Assembly (NCBI GenBank): GCA_026996795.1
Contig: JALWKC010000089.1
Coordinates: forward strand, 1-59,302
Reading direction: 5' to 3'
Source of the DNA: Lysobacterales bacterium
GTDB taxonomy: Bacteria; Pseudomonadota; Gammaproteobacteria; Xanthomonadales; Marinicellaceae
DNA: 59,302 nt
Below, piece by piece: positions 55,043-59,302 of this stretch (position 1 is the first letter of the stretch; each line of letters opens with the position of its first letter). Position numbers and translations under genes: made by a program. The notes under the pieces are model-generated. The model ran no database searches. It was given only the letters and a program-made list of their open reading frames with translations, and was not told the origin of the DNA.

Positions 55043-56350
55043 TCAAACAGCCTGCATTAACTTTTCTATGGATTCAATGTCTCGTGGAATCTTGTTACTG
55101 AGAATCTGTGGCCCCTTGCGAGTGACCAGCACGTCATCCTCGATGCGAATGCCGATGCCGCGCCACTTGCTGTCCACCTTGGCCTGGGGCGACACATAAA
55201 TGCCCGGTTCGATGGTCAACACCATCCCCGGTTCCATTTCCACCCACAGGCCATCCACCTGATAGTCACCGCAGTCGTGCACGTCCAGGCCCAGCCAGTG
55301 ACCGGTCTTGTGCATGAAAAACTCCGCATAGAGCCGGTCTTCCAGCACCTGTTCCAGCGGGGCTTTTAACAGGCCCAGGTCAATCAGGCCCCGGGCGATG
55401 ACTTCGACAGCGGCGTCGTGAGGTCTGTTCCATTGATGACCCGGTTGAACCTGTTCCACCGCCGCACTGTGCGCTGCCAGAACGACCTCATACAAAGCCC
55501 GTTGGGCATCGCTGAAGCGACCATTGACCGGAAAGGTGCGGGTGATGTCGCTGGCATACAGGTCGTATTCGGCCCCGGCATCCACCAGCACCAGATCACC
55601 GTCCCGCAGCGGCTGGTCATTTTTGACGTAATGCAGGATACAGGCATTGGCACCACCGCCAATGATGGGTGTGTAACTGGGCTGAGACCGGTGGCCGGCC
55701 AGCGTGTGCAGGTATTCGGCCAACAGGTCGCTTTCATTCTTCCCCGGTGCCGTGGCCAGCACCATGCGCTGATGGGCTTCGGCGGCAATGTCAGCGGCCT
55801 TTTTCATGCAGCGCACTTCGTCACGGCTTTTGTACAAACGCATGTCATGCACGTGGTGCAGCAAGTTGGTGAATTTTTCCGGTGCCTGGCTTTTTTCGCC
55901 CTTGCGCGTTTCCACCGCCTTGTTCCAGCCCAGCACCTTCAGGTCAAAGGCCTGATCCTTGCCCACCGGGTAACAGATCCGCTCTCGTCCTCTCAACAAG
56001 CCGGGCATAATGGCATCAATGTCCTTGATGTCATAAACCGCGTCAAACAGCAATTGCTCCCTGGCGCCTTCAGTCCCCAGCATGGGGCCGTCCCAGATCA
56101 TTTTCGCGGGGTCGGCCTCGCGGCAAAACAGAATGTGCTCGCCACCGGCACAGCCGTGGCACAGCACCAACACAGCCTCGGGCTCGGAAAAGCCGGTCAG
56201 GTACCAGAAATCACTGTCCTGCCGGAACGGGTAATTCACATCGCCGTTGCGGATTTTTTCTTCGGCACTGGGCAAAATGGCAATGGCGCCATCACCCAGG
56301 GTTTTCAGCAACTGTTGCCGGCGTTTGCGGAACTCTTCCGGTTTTATCAT
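55043..56350 (-). CDS. pepP: Xaa-Pro aminopeptidase
   Basis: Trimmed to ATG 56350 (MIKPEEFRKRRQQLL...). YPFRQDSDFWYLTGF and M24 metal ligands (DAGAEY, HWLGLDVHD). Confidence 0.9.
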   Translation of the reverse strand: MIKPEEFRKRRQQLLKTLGDGAIAILPSAEEKIRNGDVNYPFRQDSDFWYLTGFSEPEAVLVLCHGCAGGEHILFCREADPAKMIWDGPMLGTEGAREQLLFDAVYDIKDIDAIMPGLLRGRERICYPVGKDQAFDLKVLGWNKAVETRKGEKSQAPEKFTNLLHHVHDMRLYKSRDEVRCMKKAADIAAEAHQRMVLATAPGKNESDLLAEYLHTLAGHRSQPSYTPIIGGGANACILHYVKNDQPLRDGDLVLVDAGAEYDLYASDITRTFPVNGRFSDAQRALYEVVLAAHSAAVEQVQPGHQWNRPHDAAVEVIARGLIDLGLLKAPLEQVLEDRLYAEFFMHKTGHWLGLDVHDCGDYQVDGLWVEMEPGMVLTIEPGIYVSPQAKVDSKWRGIGIRIEDDVLVTRKGPQILSNKIPRDIESIEKLMQAV

Positions 56351-56675
56351 GTAACAAAGCTCACGGGTTAATGGAATAGCAAAAGGGAACCCAACTATAC
56401 TGCCAGCCTGGCAAAAATGCCATGCCAAAACCCGTTTGAGAAACGCCATTTGTCTGTTTTTTTCTGACGCCCGTGCCGCGTGTTATCACAACACGGTCAA
56501 ACAGAATCCCGCCATCCTGACCCTGCTGTGTCACTGTCAATCTCCGGTTTGTGACCTGACGCACGCGAAAAGCAAAAAAAAATGATAAACTGACTTGGCA
56601 CGCAGGTGCCTGTTAGCCTGCCAGCCCGTGGTTCCGCTGCGGCACCCCGGAGAACCCCACTGGAACAATTCGGCC

Positions 56676-59003
56676 ATGAGCAATTCGGATAATAAAAATA
56701 ACTCCCCGAACAGCGGCGATGAAAAAATCGTCAATATTCGCGACAAAAAAGAAAGCCTGAACCTGGACAACCTGCTGGGCAAAACCAAAAGTAAATTCCT
56801 GACCCTGATTCGTCCACAAATCGACGCCTTTTACGATGGCCTTGATGACACCCTGTTTGATCTGGCCGAAAAAGCCGAAACCAACCGCCAGCAAACCCTG
56901 TTTTTTGATGGCATGCGCGAGATCCGCAAGAAAAAAGGCCTGATGACGCGCCTTTTTGCCGAGCGGCTGGAAAAAGTCTTTGCCGATTTCAAACGCGGTC
57001 AATTAGAGTTTTTTCCCAGCGCCACGCAAAATGCCTTGAGTGAAGACCTGTCACTGGTTGACGATGAAGACCTGGAAGAAAACCTGGCCATCGACAACCT
57101 CATTGCCAAAGCCGAAACTGCCTACCACCAGCCCTTGTTTGCCCTGAACAAACGGTTTGCGCTTCTGGGTGGGGGTTCGGAACTGGACAATAAAAAACTC
57201 CCCCTGGGCCCGTTTGCGATTGTCAAATCCTTTGCCGAGTCCATGCAGGAACTAGAAGCCGACATCCAGATCCGGCTCATCCTTTACAAACTGTTTGAAC
57301 GCCACCTGATTGCCGGCTTGCACCAGCCTTATGGCGAAATCAACCAATACCTGGCTGAACATGGCGTCTGCCCGACTATCAAGTTCAACATGGGTCGCAA
57401 CCCGGCCGGGGGTTATCATGGCCCGGCCGGGGCCATGCCAGCCGGCGCACTACCGGCCGAAGCCGGCCTGGCACCGGGAGACCACCCTGCGGGTGCTGGT
57501 GCCATGCCTGCGGGCGTCCCCGGTGGGTACAACCTGATGCCCACCGGCGTCAGTTATCCGGTTGATCCCAACTTTCAGGCCATTTCATCCGCCCTGGCCA
57601 GCCGGGCTGTGGCCACGGTGGCAGAAGGCGGCGCGCCCACTGGCACGCCCATCGACATGGGCTTGCTGATTAATGCCCTCAGCCTGCTGCAAACCGCCAA
57701 TAGCACAGAAAGCGGCAAGTCACCCGAGGCCATCAAGGAGGAACTGCTGAAGCAGCTGCGGCAGCTTGATGATTCCGTTGATGAAAAGCACGTGGACCGG
57801 GCTGACGAAGACGTCATCGACCTGGTCGGCATGCTGTTTCAGTTTCTGGTTGAAGACCGTAACCTGCCGCCGGAAATTCAGGCCATCCTGGCGCGTTTGC
57901 AAATTCCTTACCTGAAAGTCGCCCTGCAGGATCGCCACCTGTTTGCCAATAAGGAGCACCCGGCGCGGCAACTGCTGGACACGTTGTCCACCGCCTCGGT
58001 GAGCTGGACTGAAGAAAGCGACCCCAAAGGGCAGTTCATTGGAAAAATCACTGAAATCACCAACACGGTGCTGAATGATTACGACGATGACCTGAGCCTA
58101 TTTGAACAGCTCAATGACGACCTCAAACGATTTCTTGAACGACGCAAGAAGCGCGCCGTGGTGGCTGAAAAACGCGTCACCGAAGCCACTTTGGGCCGGG
58201 AGAAGGTCAAGAAAGCCAAACAGACCGCAGCCAGCGTGCTGGTGGATGTGATGCAGGATCACACCCTGCCTGACCTGGTGCGCGACATTCTGGTCAAGCC
58301 ATGGGCCAATGTGCTGATCCTGATGCACCTGCGCCACGGCGAAAATTCCGACGAGTTCCAGCAACAGGTTACTTTTGCCCAGAAACTGGCTGAATACGCG
58401 GATCCGGCGCATATTGTCAACATCACCGAAGTGGACCTGAAACGCCTGATGGAAGAATTTGCCAATGGCCTGGAACTGGTGGCGGTGCCGGAAAAGGACA
58501 TTCGAGAGCAGGCCGAAGAACTGTACCAGTACCTGGCCAGCATCAACGGTATTGAAGCCGGCGAAATCGATGAGGAGCTGGAATTCATTGCGCCGGAGGA
58601 CATCCTGCAAATCGCCGACAATGAGGCCGAGCCTTCCGAAGTGCAGAGTTTTATTCAGGAAATTGTGTTGTCTGAAGACACCGATGATGAAGAAATTGAA
58701 ACCGATGAATACAACGAAACGGTGGAAAAACTGGAAGTGGGCACCTGGTTTGAATTCACCAACAGTGAAGGCAAGACCCTGCGTGCCAAGCTGTCCTGGA
58801 TCAGCCCCATCAGTGGCAAACTGCTGTTTGTAAATGCTCGCGGCCTGAAAGTCATGGACAAATCACCGGCCGGCCTGGCTGCAGACCTGCGCTCCGGCAA
58901 GGCGCGTATCCTGGAACAGATCCCGCTGTTCGACCGCGCCTTAAGCGCCATCGCCAACAAGCTCAAGGACAACTCGGGTCAGGAAAGCGGCGACAAGGCG
59001 TAA
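56676..59003 (+). CDS. DUF1631-family protein
   Basis: Trimmed to ATG 56676. 775 aa and acidic. Divergent from pepP, as the DUF1631 gene is in Pseudomonas-type genomes. Confidence 0.75.
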   Translation: MSNSDNKNNSPNSGDEKIVNIRDKKESLNLDNLLGKTKSKFLTLIRPQIDAFYDGLDDTLFDLAEKAETNRQQTLFFDGMREIRKKKGLMTRLFAERLEKVFADFKRGQLEFFPSATQNALSEDLSLVDDEDLEENLAIDNLIAKAETAYHQPLFALNKRFALLGGGSELDNKKLPLGPFAIVKSFAESMQELEADIQIRLILYKLFERHLIAGLHQPYGEINQYLAEHGVCPTIKFNMGRNPAGGYHGPAGAMPAGALPAEAGLAPGDHPAGAGAMPAGVPGGYNLMPTGVSYPVDPNFQAISSALASRAVATVAEGGAPTGTPIDMGLLINALSLLQTANSTESGKSPEAIKEELLKQLRQLDDSVDEKHVDRADEDVIDLVGMLFQFLVEDRNLPPEIQAILARLQIPYLKVALQDRHLFANKEHPARQLLDTLSTASVSWTEESDPKGQFIGKITEITNTVLNDYDDDLSLFEQLNDDLKRFLERRKKRAVVAEKRVTEATLGREKVKKAKQTAASVLVDVMQDHTLPDLVRDILVKPWANVLILMHLRHGENSDEFQQQVTFAQKLAEYADPAHIVNITEVDLKRLMEEFANGLELVAVPEKDIREQAEELYQYLASINGIEAGEIDEELEFIAPEDILQIADNEAEPSEVQSFIQEIVLSEDTDDEEIETDEYNETVEKLEVGTWFEFTNSEGKTLRAKLSWISPISGKLLFVNARGLKVMDKSPAGLAADLRSGKARILEQIPLFDRALSAIANKLKDNSGQESGDKA

Positions 59004-59107
59004 GCTGGCCGGACACGTTCAGAGCCAGCCCGGACAGGCCATTTAACCCCACCAAGCCCTTAAAGCTCCGCACAATCGAGAAGCCGCCGAAAAAACAGAA
59101 AAGCGGA

Positions 59108-59302
59108 TCAGGCCCGCTGCGTATTCAGCAAACTGGCTTCGTACGTGTTTTGCATCAGGGTGGCAACCGTCATGGGGCCAACCCCACCGGGCACCGGAGT
59201 AATCCAGGCGGCCCTGGCCGCCGCCGAATCGAAATCAACGTCCCCGCACAGGGAACCATCCGCCTTGCGATTGATGCCCACATCCACCACCACGGTACCG
59301 GG
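59108..59302 (-). CDS. folD: Bifunctional methylenetetrahydrofolate dehydrogenase/cyclohydrolase FolD; C-terminal part only, 5' end beyond the window
   Basis: VVDVGINR...GDVDF...[20 protein letters not shown] is the FolD C-terminus. The frame continues to the window edge. Confidence 0.85.
   Translation of the reverse strand, partial: PGTVVVDVGINRKADGSLCGDVDFDSAAARAAWITPVPGGVGPMTVATLMQNTYEASLLNTQRA

Noticed and set aside
56595-56610. Sigma54-like TTGGCACGCAGGTGCC upstream of the DUF1631 gene.
   Set aside because: The GG and GC elements are separated by 9 nt rather than the required 10, and the -12 region lacks TTGC. The sequence is better described as a small GGCAC/GTGCC palindrome.

Overview
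This is a 59.3-kb chromosomal window, mid-50s % GC by eye, most likely from a gammaproteobacterium. The gene order matches Pseudomonas/Marinobacter-type genomes: maf-rng-yhdP, lptD-surA-pdxA-rsmA, radC-dut-algC, pepP-DUF1631, prpBCD. I call about 48 protein genes, mostly housekeeping, and one tRNA-Thr(UGU). I saw no rRNA, CRISPR array, transposase, integrase or recognisable defence genes.

The most unusual content is non-genic and consists of two dispersed repeat families.
- Family 1 is a ~167-bp MITE-like element with termini GGAAGCTCTGATTGAATC and 4-bp YTAR flanking duplications, which is an IS5-like signature. It has two subfamilies. The window holds 6 full copies and 3 fragments, all intergenic. 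Several sit inside operons or supply or abut stop and start codons (prpC, tgpA, murD2, a sulfatase-family gene, an oxygenase gene).
- Family 2 has TTATTAACCTGGCATCAATATAG termini. Its internal stems are conserved in architecture but not in sequence. It brackets a 4-gene accessory block next to the tRNA: a secreted protein, a lipase-like hydrolase, a 2OG-oxygenase-like protein and a CX5R phosphatase.

Other notable content:
- a stand-alone Mur ligase plus a PP-loop protein that looks like the alternative MurD2/MurL D-glutamate route;
- a MoxR-DUF58-TgpA module;
- AlgC fused to a 333-aa membrane domain;
- selD-selU;
- a tightly packed amidohydrolase-DLH-DUF885-TPMT operon;
- an orphan secreted 459-aa protein.

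All family names come from motif and synteny recognition by eye. No database search was possible.
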